This document shows, piece after piece, positions 41,001-51,864 of a stretch of 64,000 bases of DNA. How positions within the stretch are numbered: the stretch's first letter is position 1; each line of letters begins with the position of its first letter. The translations under genes were made by a program, and so were the position numbers. The stretch comes from Phoronis australis (lineage: Eukaryota; Animalia; Phoronida), in the NCBI GenBank assembly GCA_002633005.1, contig NMRA01000211.1, forward strand, positions 508,790-572,789. Direction: 5' to 3'. The notes below the pieces were generated by a model that saw only the letters and a program-made list of their open reading frames with translations, had not been told where the DNA came from and did not search any database.

Positions 41001-44000
41001 ATACACGTCTTGGTGTTTGCTCTCCATATCAGCCATTTCGTGTATGTAGAGATAAGCAGATTTCAGGTGTCAAGCTGCAGCAAATATTAACAAGGCATCA
41101 CCAACAGCTGGCAAGTGATCATTCTAAGACCGATTGCGATGTGTCTTGGTCGTTGCCTGAGCAGTATGGAGCATCTTCAGACCAGCCACAGACTTCTTCT
41201 CAAGGTTGCCGATGATCTGCACAATTGCGGCTGATTGTGGGGCACTTCAGACAGATGTTGACATTTTGCCCTGGGCTTCTAATTTCCTTGTGTGTTTTTT
41301 TTAAATAAAAAGCACTGGCAAGCAAATATACACTTGACAATTTTTTCTTACTTTTATGCAAGCCAATGCTTTGGATTAAATATTAAATATTAATGCAATG
41401 TTCATATTTTAAAACATTTCAGTCAGAATTCGGTTTTATCTAAACAGTTTAAGATCATTCAATCAGAAACCAGTCATACCCAATCATACTTTCGTTATAA
41501 TTAATGAAGGACAAATCAGTGATACGTGTTCTTGAATTTTAGCCGCCATCTTGAATTTCATATCAAATACTAATCATATCTTAGTTTTAACCACACCAGA
41601 TAGTTGATCACTTCTTAAAACCATAGACTAGAACCAAAAATTATGTCTCTATCTCAATTATTAAAGAAGTTAGAATATCTATTTTTGGGGATTTCGAAAC
41701 GTCATGTCGGCCATCTTGGAAATGACATAGTTTTAACCCATTTTCGGTAGTCAGATTTTGGTAGACTTTTTTCTGTTAATAAGAATACCCAGTAGAGCAT
41801 AAAACCACTGTAAAACCTTTTGTTGCAATTTGTTGTGGGTCAGGTTGTATATTGGCTCGTTAATACATTAAATAACGATTTAGAGCATACTGAGACTAGT
41901 TAAATGTAAAACAGGTACTTTTTGTGCAAGAAACACGACCAGACGTCTAATGCACGCCAGAACAGAAACAGGAAATGGACTTGACAAAAAACCCATTCAA
42001 ATGGATTCGCCTCTTAATGCGGCACAACCTTCCTTCAGAATGTGCGCCCTTAGACCTAGTATCAGAATTTTGTTGAAAAATTTGATCCGTACATACACAT
42101 CACAAAATACACATACGCCTGCGTTACGAAGTTCATGGAGCTGGCTTGACTAGAAGTCTTATACCAGCAAACTTAATATTGAATAGGGCACCTCTTCACC
42201 TTATAGCAAAGTTTGTGAACCCATTAAGGGGAAATAAACCCGCGCTTTCTGTCAAAAATGCAACTTTGGTTTCATGCTGTTCCTTTCTGAGACCTAAAAG
42301 GTTTCATCCTTTATTTAAAGTAACACACCACATAGCTTCATACCAGCCCCTTTATGGTGCATGTCACGGTGGGATAGTTTTAGTCGCCAAGACAGTGCAG
42401 TTATATGACGCGTGCATTTCCAGACGATTTGTGTTACGTTATTTCAATTCAAACAAAAGATAAGTGTGCCACGGCATTGCTTAATAAGAGCTAATACTCC
42501 TGTAGGTGGTTGTAACACTAGAAAGTTGTTTATAGCGGCTTTAACTATTGTTCTAAGATTGACGAAGTGGTAATACAAGGATGCCGTTCTCACATGAGAG
42601 GAGTATGCGGTGACGCAATGGACAAGTACGAGGGAGAAAATCATCAGGTAAAAACAATGAGTTATTCTGCCAGCATTTAGTAAGCATACTGAAAAGTCAT
42701 CTATTTAAAGAAAACGCTATTTTGGTAAAATACATGTTGATATATGTTTTTGGATCTGTTACTAAGCATATAAATCACTTGACCCTTCCTGGAAATGCCT
42801 TCCTGAAACTTTTTCTGTACCATTTGCTGAAAGTCAACATAGGCCTACTTAATATGAATATGTTCACACTCCCGTGGAATAACTGATTCTGTATTCGTAG
42901 ATCCGCATAGCTGACTGCATTGATGTTTTGAAAGAAGCCATGGAGAACGGCAAACGCTTTGACTATGTGGTCAACGATTTGACTGAGTACCCAGTTAATT
43001 TAGAATGTTACGGTAAGCATCTAGTATGAGGTCTATGTATGCTTTTATCAGTACGACACCTCCCATTTTTGATCGTTTAAAAACGTTTATTGGACCGTCC
43101 TTAAACTATCTTTCGTTTTATTCACCCTCGGATTAGATGGGTAGGTCAGAAATTAAAATGCTTCCGACTTCTCAGTGTCGGAATGGGCTGCAGACTGATA
43201 TAAACTTGTTATCATCCACGTTAAGCAGTGAACAATTTGTCATGCTCCAATTCCAGACTTTGACTACGATTTCGAGACGTCGTCCATCATAGCAGAGCTG
43301 TCCATGAAAGCTTTGAAACGAAATGGGAAATTGTTAATGCGGGTAAGATGAACTGACGTGGAAATAACAACGCTACCCTTATGATGTCAACAAACTTTTT
43401 TGTTGCCTCGGCGAGTAGCATACCTTACAGAACAGATTCAAATATATTTACATTAAGCTGCATTTCGCCCTGTTTAGCTGGCTGAAAACAAAAATCGAAT
43501 TGGGCCTTTATTCTCACGAAGGTCTCGTAATATTCCTTACCGTGATAGAACTCCATTTCAGTTACCAATTAGAACATCGAAACCATCAGCGGCCCAAGAA
43601 AAGGCCTCAGAGTTTATTGAGATTGACTAAGGAGGCACTGTACAGTTCTCACTGAGTTTTTGCGTGGTAGTGCGCTCCTCACTGAATTGGAATTTCGTCT
43701 ACTATGTCGACACTGAACTCTATGAACAAATTGGAAAGTTGTTACTCGTTTCACGTCAACACCGCTTCACGTGACAGCAGTAACTCTTGTCTCATATTTT
43801 TGCCCCTTTCACTCCCATCGAAAGGGCAGCCAGACTCAAAAAGTGTCAAAAATACCCCTCAAAACTGACGCTTTTCACAACAAAACTACCTCTTTCCAGC
43901 GAGTGCTAGACATGAGCCAACAAAAGATTCTATAAGAAAATATCAGAAGTGGTCCAAAAGTGCGATCATGCAATTAGAAACTACAATTCTAGGTTGTTAA

Positions 44001-46226
44001 TGGGGTAACTGGAATGACAGCACATTTCCCAGTCGTTTCCTGGAAATGTAATAACGTTACAGTGGGCCGCTATTTGATTAAAAAACTACTATTGATGCCT
44101 ACCTCGAAACTGCTACCAAACCAGGCCTATCACAAATATAAAGGCAGTGGAAATTGGTTATGGGGACAGCCTGACTGTGCTACCCGACATAAATTAGAAA
44201 TTCCAAAACATTGTATGTAGGCACTGCCTGTGACTTGAGTTGATTACAAAAATGGAGCCATATCGCTGTAAAACATATGAAATTTATTTTCTGAGAGCGA
44301 AGGGATGAATTCGATTTTTTATTTCAGTCAGCTGAAGAGGGAGAAATTCAACTTAAAATGAAACGTTCACCGATTGGAAATATGGGTAATTCGGAACGGC
44401 TTCATTTATCAAAAGTATTTAGGTTCAATGAATTTGGACGAAAATTGCCCAGTTGATTTTATTTTTATATTACAGATGTCACTTAATACATGCCTACGAT
44501 TGCCCTTAATTCATTTTCCTATCACGACCATACATGCATTTTACGAAATGTCACAAATAAACAATGATTTTTATAAACTTTGAAGATCTAATGCGCGAGG
44601 GACCGGATGGGCGGTTAGAATATGTGTAAATGCTACACACCAACGTTTGAACGTTTTTCGTCTGAGTTCAGTCTTTGGCTAATGTTTTTCGTTTATTAAA
44701 GTTGATTTTAAATGGAAGTTGTGTGCAATATTGTATTGTTTTTATGATATTATAGTGATATACCGGCTGTTATTACTGTGTATTCCCTTCGCATATTTTA
44801 GGGAGGCGAAATGTCCAACCCTAACTTGGTGGACCGACTTGAAAGTGACATTCAACGATTCTGTGGTTCTTACAAAAGGTACAATGTTTTTGTGCCGTCT
44901 TTCAGGGAACTGTATCCTTTCACCAGCGGTATGGATATTGCCCAAAGGCTCTTGCCATAGCCAGAAATGACGTTATATGTTGTCTTAGTAATTTAAACAT
45001 AACCTCATTATCCTATTAATCCCAACCATCAACATCTTCCTTGTCATTGTTCACTATTCTAAATTTGTGCTTAATCGTTTCGCCAATGAGTTTGTAAAGA
45101 ATTTGGGTGGTAATGATCAACATCGTTGTGACAATCATCATTGGTGATCACCGTTGTCATTAACACCATCATAATCTTCGTCATTTTCATCATTGCAATC
45201 ACCCTTCGACATCATCTGTCACCTTCAAAATAATCGTTTTCGTCAATGTCATCATGTTTATAAACATGTTTTATCTTCGTCATTGCCAGCATCAATGTCG
45301 TCTTGCCTTATACACCTTTTAATCGGAAGATTTACTAATAGGTTTTTACTCAGCGTCATTATCGTCAACATCACTTTCACCGCGGCCATCGCTTTATTTG
45401 AATGTGAATTGGCCGATCACCTTAATATTCGTCATCTACATTCACTGTTGCTGTGGTTATTCTTTTGGTAATCTGGTAAAAAGTCACTGTCTGAGTTGTT
45501 CGATAAAGTAGTCATCCGTCAAAGTGACCAAGTTTTAGTTTAGATCACTTACCATTTTAAACTGTGTTTTCGACTTCTTCCTGTCACTTAAATTAGAAAG
45601 GATTTGTAAGCGCCTCCGTAGAACTGACGCCTGTTTTAAGACAGAAGTTTGGTCTTGAAGCTTCTACTCTACAATAGCTGAATAAAGCTTTAGCCAAGAA
45701 AATATGACCGCATCGCAGTTTCAAAGTATTCCATAGAAATTATCTCATTAACTAGCTCTTACGTTTATATTTTCAGAGTCTTTACGATTTTTTTCAAGTG
45801 AGATTTAATTATTTTTAAGAAATACTTCTGGGGAACGAGCAAATTTCTTACTTAAGTCTTTAGTCGCTTTTCATGAATCAAGCCACGAATCTCGAGTTGC
45901 CACGAACATACACTTCTTTCAGATCCCAGAAATACCCTTCTAAGCGATTTAAATAATAAGTGACATCTTTAAATGGATTAGGTCACTGGCCACTTGCCAT
46001 CATCAGGAGAGGTGGCAAAAAAAAAACCCACGCGTATATCCGTTTACATTATCTTCGTAAAAGAACACTCATTCCCAACCAACAGTATTTCACCACTTCA
46101 TCAACATCACTTCATTCGATGCTTTTAATTGTTCATTCATAATCATTGTGTATTTCTATTCGCCTTAATGCTCAACACAGGTATGTGTTCTTCGAAGTTT
46201 GGAAGACTTCTGAAGCGACTTCATAG
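23385..46226 (+). CDS. SMS: Spermine synthase-like aminopropyltransferase, 11 exons, 378 aa
   Basis: Exons 23385-23445, 25535-25652, 26331-26439, 27574-27641, 34336-34514, 37395-37552, 42558-42647, 42901-43012, 43257-43342, 44802-44911, 46181-46226 join with consistent phases (1137 nt, no internal stop). Motifs: VYASGLVTLDI, SKYQDVKIVHSKSLGNALLLD, ILILGGGDGGIL, VTMAEID, ADC, FDYVVNDLT, VFVPSFREL. Confidence 0.92.
23478..23592. mobile_element. MITE of the same family as 2776-3044, opposite orientation, in SMS intron 1
   Basis: CACGGGCGGATCCAG...TAAATCCGCCACTG; near-TSD TCATT/CCATT. Confidence 0.7.
25535..25652 (+). CDS. SMS: SMS exon 2
   Basis: ttcag|AC ATT TTA GAG...GGA AG|gtgag; ILEALKTFSNVCFEEKL...VFTAESG; phases 1 and 2 fit the neighbours. 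Confidence 0.75.
26331..26439 (+). CDS. SMS: SMS exon 3
   Basis: ttttgtag|C...AAG|gtaac; SLTYHVYASGLVTLDIHQF, compare human IYPHGLVLLDLQ. Confidence 0.85.
27574..27641 (+). CDS. SMS: SMS exon 4
   Basis: ttcaacag|TAT...GAG GG|gtaagt; YVRRLRSKLDEEVSKAFNSTVE; phases 0 and 2 fit. Confidence 0.8.
28932..29017. repeat. (ATT)n microsatellite
   Basis: Direct inspection. Confidence 0.95.
29462..31363 (+). pseudogene. SAP + SWIM + YqaJ-like exonuclease gene of the ISL2EU element (intron ~30700-30925)
   Basis: LRTWQKRDLEAWLVR*...NKDVSIARIL (SAP-like); CQC...GVCSH (SWIM); TKGQSSNQYWKTLRTSALTSSNFGEICKRR, VLEI, HNYTYQVMGEMAIC (YqaJ). Contains stops and frameshifts. Confidence 0.8.
31760..32896 (-). pseudogene. 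THAP-domain DDE_Tnp_4-type transposase of the ISL2EU element
   Basis: CVPLC...YRIP...LW...RVCSEHF...PTIF (THAP); IRFYTGF; EFLMVCLRLRLGL; PGDVIMADEGF; IASARIVVE; TNFLPPLLK*. Internal deletion and stops. Confidence 0.8.
33760..34110 (+). mobile_element. Penelope-like element 3' remnant (GIY-YIG endonuclease)
   Basis: SRVVYKFVYAGCGSSCNGTT...DLKVGELIHISWLKPELNK matches PLE EN 'VVY-x-F-x-C-x-x-C...Y-x-G-x-T...E-x-x-x-I...P-x-LN' with an internal deletion. Followed by CCTGATGATGACG, half of a hammerhead-like core, at ~34067. Confidence 0.6.
34336..34514 (+). CDS. SMS: SMS exon 5
   Basis: ttacag|T ATA CTG ATG CCA...ATT A|gtgagt; MPICRG...SKYQDVKIVHSKSLGNALLLDEEI. Confidence 0.92.
34653..36590 (+). 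repeat. Helentron/HINE-like interspersed element with internal degenerate tandem repeats
   Basis: Starts TTTTAGCC followed by short GTCC/CTGT repeats. Recurring 'ATC..AATTG.C.TGTG..T.CC.ACTG' units at ~35335, ~35705, ~36115 and ~36260. Family assignment is inference. Confidence 0.35.
36666..36751 (+). mobile_element. tRNA-derived SINE head / tRNA pseudogene
   Basis: A-box TAGCTCAGTGG, stem-loop CTAGA-CCCGAAA-TCTAG, B-box GGTTCGATTCC and a T-run terminator. Acceptor stem is imperfect and U33 is missing, so probably not a functional tRNA. Confidence 0.65.
37395..37552 (+). CDS. SMS: SMS exon 6 (dcSAM-binding GGGDGG motif)
   Basis: ttttaag|TG CTC AGC GAA...GCT GAA|gtatcctttt; LSEGDLIYTETLLG...EILILGGGDGGILNELLK...VTMAE. 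Confidence 0.95.
37553..42557 (+). other. U12-type (minor spliceosome) GT-AG intron 6 of SMS
   Basis: Donor GTATCCTTTT; branch-like GGCTTTAAC at 42537-42545, 12 nt before the end; no long polypyrimidine tract. Confidence 0.85.
38088..41863 (-). mobile_element. Academ (AcademX-type) DNA transposon, decayed, copy 2, inside SMS intron 6
   Basis: TTAACGAGTCAAT...ATTGGCTCGTTAA with long TIRs; 3-bp TSD TAC (38085-38087, 41864-41866). Remnants ERYVLDGGSFL, LLFLSSFTGCNSTSRVYGAGK, RLPPTESATRFH; collinear with copy 1. A ~220-bp extra block lies at ~38566-38785. Confidence 0.87.
42558..42647 (+). CDS. SMS: SMS exon 7
   Basis: IDEVVIQGCRSHMRGVCGDAMDKYEGENHQ, 90 nt, |gtaaa donor. Confidence 0.93.
42901..43012 (+). 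CDS. SMS: SMS exon 8
   Basis: cgtag|IRIADCIDVLKEAMENGKRFDYVVNDLTEYPVNLECY|gtaag. Confidence 0.93.
43257..43342 (+). CDS. SMS: SMS exon 9
   Basis: ttccag|...FETSSIIAELSMKALKRNGKLLMR|gtaag, compare human LSMKVLKQDGK. Confidence 0.9.
44802..44911 (+). CDS. SMS: SMS exon 10
   Basis: ttttag|GGEMSNPNLVDRLESDIQRFCGSYKRYNVFVPSFRE-CT|gtatcctttc. Confidence 0.88.
44912..46180 (+). other. U12-type GT-AG intron 10 of SMS
   Basis: Donor GTATCCTTTC; branch site TCGCCTTAAT at 46160-46169, 11 nt before the terminal CAG ends. Confidence 0.87.
46181..46226 (+). CDS. SMS: SMS exon 11 (YVFFEVWKTSEATS*)
   Basis: Matches SMS C-terminus (human WVFYTVWK); TAG at 46224-46226; candidate AATAAA at ~47141. Confidence 0.88.
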
Positions 46227-48269
46227 AGTAATATGGTTGGTTTGCGAAAGACGTTGGTTGATTATGTTGACAGGCTAGCATTTTAACAAGTTGTTTTAGG
46301 GACGATGTCAGGAAGATCGAAGTCATCCAACTTTTATGAAATTAAGCCAGCCTGATCATCCATGGAACAAGTGTTGCAAACAGAATATTTCTACGTGGAT
46401 GCTTTCTATGACGAGATGGGAGAAATGAGCCTATTTTCAATGGGAATTCCCAATGAGGTGCAGTCGTGATATTGGAAAAAATAACATTTTATCATGTTAT
46501 GACAACGTTACGAAGGAAACACAAACAGGGTGGAAAAAGTTCTCAGCTTTAGGATTATGTGTACTTCGTTTTTGTGTATTAAAGCTTTCTTTATCGGATT
46601 ACCTAAGATTATTTGGCCTTTTAAAGCGTACAACTTAAAGAAACATTTCTCTCATTTTCAAAACTTACAGGGAGAGCAGATAGTTCATAGGCAAGTAGGG
46701 GACTTACTTTATCGGAATACAGAATTTGTTGTAACTGTTCTTTTAAATCGAGACCAAAACTACCCAATTATATCATGAGTCAATTGTAAAAGCTCTCAAT
46801 TCTAGTAATAATAGCCCTACTAAAGTTACATTACTATTGAATGGTAGTCCTAACTTGACCTTGTTCTCAATGAATTCCTCCTAAGCAACGTTAGCAAATG
46901 TTTATGTACCGCTTATAAATATTGTTGCTTCTCATTTTCATACACGAATCTGTACATGGTTTTGGTTTTTACATGTTCGTAACAGCATATCTAAATATTA
47001 GAGTACTTATATTAGATGCTACTTTAATGTATATACCTCTATGTCTATTACTTTCATTTACGAAGTGTCTACAACCCAGATATAATGCTTCGCGATTTCT
47101 GGGTTTGTCATTATTTCTTTATATGTTTTGTGTATTCTTCAATAAATATACATCACTTTTAAAAAAATCACCATCCTAATACTTCCTGCCACCATTGTCG
47201 CTGTGACCGAAATTCAGTCAGATTCCCAATTCACACCGTTTTCTGAGCAAGCATTTACCCCTGTCCAACATACTTCTGTTGCAGCGACCAAAAGGTTGCT
47301 TTCACATGGTTTAAATTTTGCTTCGAGTTCTTCTCGGCTCAATTGTACCTCAGCCTCTAATTCCTGCATTAGCTATTCGTTTGCAAATCTCCGAAAATAT
47401 TCATATTGCCAACAATCTATAACTCACTTTCATACCCAAACTTGAAAACTGGTCTGTTTTGTAGTAGGTGGTTATCCATAACTTGCTCGGAACTTTGAAT
47501 TTACCAGAATTTACCAGCGATCTTACTGTTAATGCAATTGGCATTTCGGCCAGTTTATCGTCGCTAAACGACGAAAACTGAAAGCGGTCATTTACTCGTA
47601 CTGTTGTAACCTGGGAGTAATATACATAAGGAGTGGAAACTTCAAGCCCAACTTTCATCGCTATTGTACTATGACTGCCTCGCTATTCAGGCTCACGCAG
47701 CGAAATAATCGCATTTACTTAGTGCCAGAACCACAGTTCAGCGCATGTCAACACTGCCAGGCATGCGCACTTAATAACATTGGTAGCCATTTTTAAAAGC
47801 ACGCCCTTTCACGGCATTAAAATCCTTGTGATTCTTGTCGGTGTTGTTATTGAAAATTTGACGATGTTTAAGTTCTGTCATTAATTGTAAATGCATTCAT
47901 TGTACTAATTAGAGTACGTAGAATACAACTGACTTGAAATTGTACTTCGTTGTTGTTTTTATCTGTTAAAATTGCCTTAAAATGGGTCAGTGATGAGCGT
48001 TTTTTACTTTCGTGGGCATAAAATCTAGTTTTACTGCGACTTGGGGGTCTCAAAATGTTAATCATACTGGAAATTGGTTCTTTTATCCGTAAAATATCTG
48101 ATATATACGTTTAGAATTATAGGAGACGTATTTTTCTTAGTTTCGCCGCAGCGTAGCCTTATTTTGTCGAGTAATTCCCTGCAATTATTTGGCGGAGCAC
48201 CGGTGGTTTCTTCTACATCGGCGTTCTTTCATTTATAAGCCAGTTCGAATATACGTTGTATTCATGCGA

Positions 48270-50195
48270 AGTCTTGGATTTCATATTCATTACCCGATCT
48301 CTACTCAGCTCAGTGCATGAATGCGAGGTTAGGGGCGACCTCATGAGTGACCACCTACCGGTGCACCCGAAAATAGACAACGCCAGAGGCCGGCTCGACT
48401 CTCTCCCACAAGCTTACAAGCGCTCATTTAAGAAAGCGAACTGGCAACAATTTATGTGGGATGTGGAGACCAACATAAAATGTACGGAGAGCCCACTCCG
48501 CTCTCCAGCCGATATTGATCTTGCCTCTCAAGCGTTAAGCAATGCTATAAACAACGCATTGGATAAAAACTGTACCACTGTGAAAATACGCCCATTCACA
48601 TGGCGGTGCTGAACAGACACACTGATGCTTATCCGGCTTAAACGCAAAATCAGGCGCAAGACCCAGGTCTACCCTGACAACCCGATGTACCGTAACATCT
48701 ACAACGTACTGAAAAGACGCGTCGAGAACGCTGTCAAACAGGAGAAAAGGCAATCGTACATGCAATTCTCTGAGTCTCTTAATGAGGAAAGGGGCAAAGG
48801 TTTTCGGCAGGCCTTTAAAAGGATTACAGGCACGGGCACTCGCAACCACCAGAGTGCAAAACCACTGATTCATGACAACAAAACTGCCTCCTCCAACTCA
48901 GACAAGGCCTCAGTGTTTGCCAAAACTCTAGAGAGAACCCACAGGATGCACGAAGGCCCGATCTTCTGCGATATGACAAAACGCCTCGTAGACTGTGCAA
49001 AGGTCCGAAAAGCACATCTATTCAATACCCTTAACACAATTACGCAAGAACGCGGAGATGACCACCAAATGCTTGCTGAAATAACGCCATCTGAGATCAG
49101 GCGAACACTTTCAGCAGCCCAGGAAGCTATTCCATCTCGTACGACGTTCTAACAAAATGTCCGCTGCCTCTCCCCGAGAGGCTAGCCGAGATATACAACA
49201 GATGCCTTGCTATCGGCCACTTTCCCAAACCGTGGAAAAGCGCAGTGGGTGTCATGATACCCAAACCAGACAAAGACCACACTAACCCGGCCAACTACCG
49301 CCCAATCAGTCTGCTATCATGCATTGGCAAAACGTTCGAACGAGTCCTCACGACTGAATAGAATAAACGCAGAACTGGATTCTAAATGCTTCTTTAATAG
49401 GTGGCAGAGAGCCTACGTGTATAGGAAAAATCGTGAAGGAACTGAACACATCCATAGACTGATAGCTCAAGGCAAAACGGCAATGGGCAAAAACTTTTGC
49501 ACCGGAGCCATAATGTTGGACGTGGAATAGGCCTTTGACTCTGTATGGCATGACGGCATGAGATACAAACTCTCCAATATAGGTCTACCAGAAAAAATGG
49601 TTAGACTCCTGTCATCTTCCCTGAGTGACAGATGCATCTCGGTCATACAGGGACAATCTGTTTCCCAACCGGTGAATCTGAGGGCCGGCACATCCCAGGG
49701 GTCCGTCCTAAGTCCGTTGCTGTTTTTTATCTATGTCAACGACCTACCAGTTCACCCAAGGGACAAAGTTCAGATATCCCATTTCGCCGACGATCTCGGG
49801 TTCTGGACAAGTGACAAACATGAGACAGTTGTCCAAGCACGCTTCCAACGGGCACTATCAAAACTAGAGGACTGGTGCTCCATCTGGCGCATCAAACTCA
49901 ATGCCGCAAAATCACAGGTCATCCTGTTTCACCGCAAACGCAAACTGCGACCGTTCAGTCTTTCACTATTCGGTGTCAGGATCACACCAAAAGCAGAGGC
50001 CACCCTGCTAGAAGTAACCCTTGATCAAAGACTTACGTTACAACCCCACGTCGCACGCGTGTGTGACCGTGCAACAACCAGAATCAAGCTTATGTATCGA
50101 TTGAAGGGCACAGGGTGGGGCGATAGGAGCGACTGCCTACTACTGATCTACAAAATGTTCATCAGACCCCTATTCGAATATGACGCGATCGATAT
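48270..50195 (+). mobile_element. Non-LTR retrotransposon (Jockey/I-like) ORF2, 5'- and 3'-truncated, with stops and frameshifts
   Basis: APE end LDFIFIT...SDHLPV; WKSAVGVMIPKPDKD...NYRPISLLSCIGKTFERVL; LDVE*AFDSVWHDG; GTSQGSVLSPLLF..YVNDLP; FADD; WRIKLNAAKS. Confidence 0.9.
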
Positions 50196-51826
50196 TTCAA
50201 CCTGTGTTACTTCCACAGTTCACCCAAAGGATAAAGTTCAGATATTGGTCCTAGGCTGTAACAGTTAATTTCACTGTTCCCATTTCCTGTCAGAAATAAG
50301 ACGAGATGAACACCGGTGTTCTGGACACTGCTATACACCACTCTTCAAAAAAGCACGTCTCTATTAAGTACGTCTTTTTATGACGAAATCGACACACTGC
50401 AGAAAAAATAAGTAGCGTTGAACCATGTTATCGCAGCTCGTGCAACATTGTTTGGTAGCAATATTACTGTGCAGGCTTATGCAAGGTTTCGGGTACTTAG
50501 CGCAAGCAGAAAAAATATTACCAAATGTTTTGGTCCTGCTCGGGAGAACCAACTTATATATGAGCTTGTAACAAAATGGTGCCTTTTTATTTATGAAAAT
50601 ATAAATGCGCTACTTTGCTGGTCGCCCAGATTTATTTTTCCTAGGGGGTATGACCCCCGGCAAATTTGCAGTACATAAATCCACGGCAGAGTTTCAATTC
50701 TGATGATACTAGTACGCAACGCACGTGCTTCTTAGGGTAGATGTTTCATTCGTTGGCGATAAGTGGTGGCGAGGAGAACCAAAGCGAAGGCACCGGCGAA
50801 AGAATCGTATTATTCTCAGCGGAACTTCATCACAGTGGTGAAAGACATAGCCTCGGATTTTCCCATTATTCATCAATTTTTGCTTTTGTGTTCATTTTTT
50901 TGGCATAGAATCAAAATTGTATGCCAACCATTCACTGACGATATCATGCATGCTCGTAGTGGTGTATCCCACCTTTGCACGGCGCCATGTGCTTGTAAAT
51001 ATATTTTGTTTAGACCCTCCCCACTTATTTCAGTGGCTTTTTTTCTTGGGGGCTTGTTTTAGAAGCTTGCAAACGTCTAAGAGACAATGTAAGCATAACA
51101 ACAAACACAACTATATTTGGGAAGTCATTTGCCATCATCAGGGAATGTGGCAATCCCAAGAATGTATCACGTGTCACATCCAGAAGAAGCGACATTTGAC
51201 GACCAACATAAAAATCACTTGTGTAAGAGGCTATCTCAAGGTAATTAAAACTTGTTGCTGGAATGAAGATTTCGTTTTATATTTTACATGTGCATATACA
51301 TATGTATGTTGCTACTATAAAAATGAGATGAGTTTTACTTTCTCATGTCAAGCAACTGGCCCCCACCAATTGCACGAGTTGGTTGCTTGAAAATGTCACA
51401 AGGAGTCTGTGGAACGCACTGCTGGTAAGATGTCATCTTGCTACAGACGTTTGTCTTTCGCATGTAGTTGTACTGTTTCTAGGTTAACTAAATCTGGACT
51501 ATACTTGAAAACGCAGGTTGCCTACAACAGTATGTAGCAAAGCAATCCAATTCAGGGGTGGAAACCCACTTTACCACGGGCACGCATCCAGGGCACAAAA
51601 AGCTTGCGGTCCGCAAAAAATGTTGCAACGGAATCAGAACTCTAGCCACAGGCATGACACCGGTACTCGTGCCACAGACGCTGTTTTGTGTGCACTTCGG
51701 TCACTTTTATTGAAAATTGTCCGTAGTATGATTTACTGTATGTGGTTGGAGTTTTGGACCCGTAGTACTAAAAGTGTGGGTGATAGGAGATTTTGCGTTG
51801 TGTGGTAAGACCCACTCTTTAAATAG

Positions 51827-51864
51827 AAGCCTGAAGATGAGATATGTGTCTCGAAATATCGCTT
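51827..51864 (+). ncRNA. Minimal hammerhead ribozyme-like motif (PLE type)
   Basis: AAGC-CTGAAGA-T-GAGA..TCTC-GAAA-TATC-GCTT: helix I, CUGANGA core, stem II, GAAA, palindromic ATAT in place of stem III. Confidence 0.55.

Noticed and set aside
38088-41863. piggyBac/Kolobok call based on flanking TTAA
   Set aside because: TTAA is part of the TIR. The matching duplication is the outer 3-bp TAC (ATA in copy 1), and the protein is XPG/Cys-rich Academ type.
47160-47800. Minus-strand ORF (47401-47658) and coiled-coil-like frame with upstream YY1/NRF1-like motifs
   Set aside because: No recognisable domain and internal stops; may be a TE 5' fragment but cannot be assigned.
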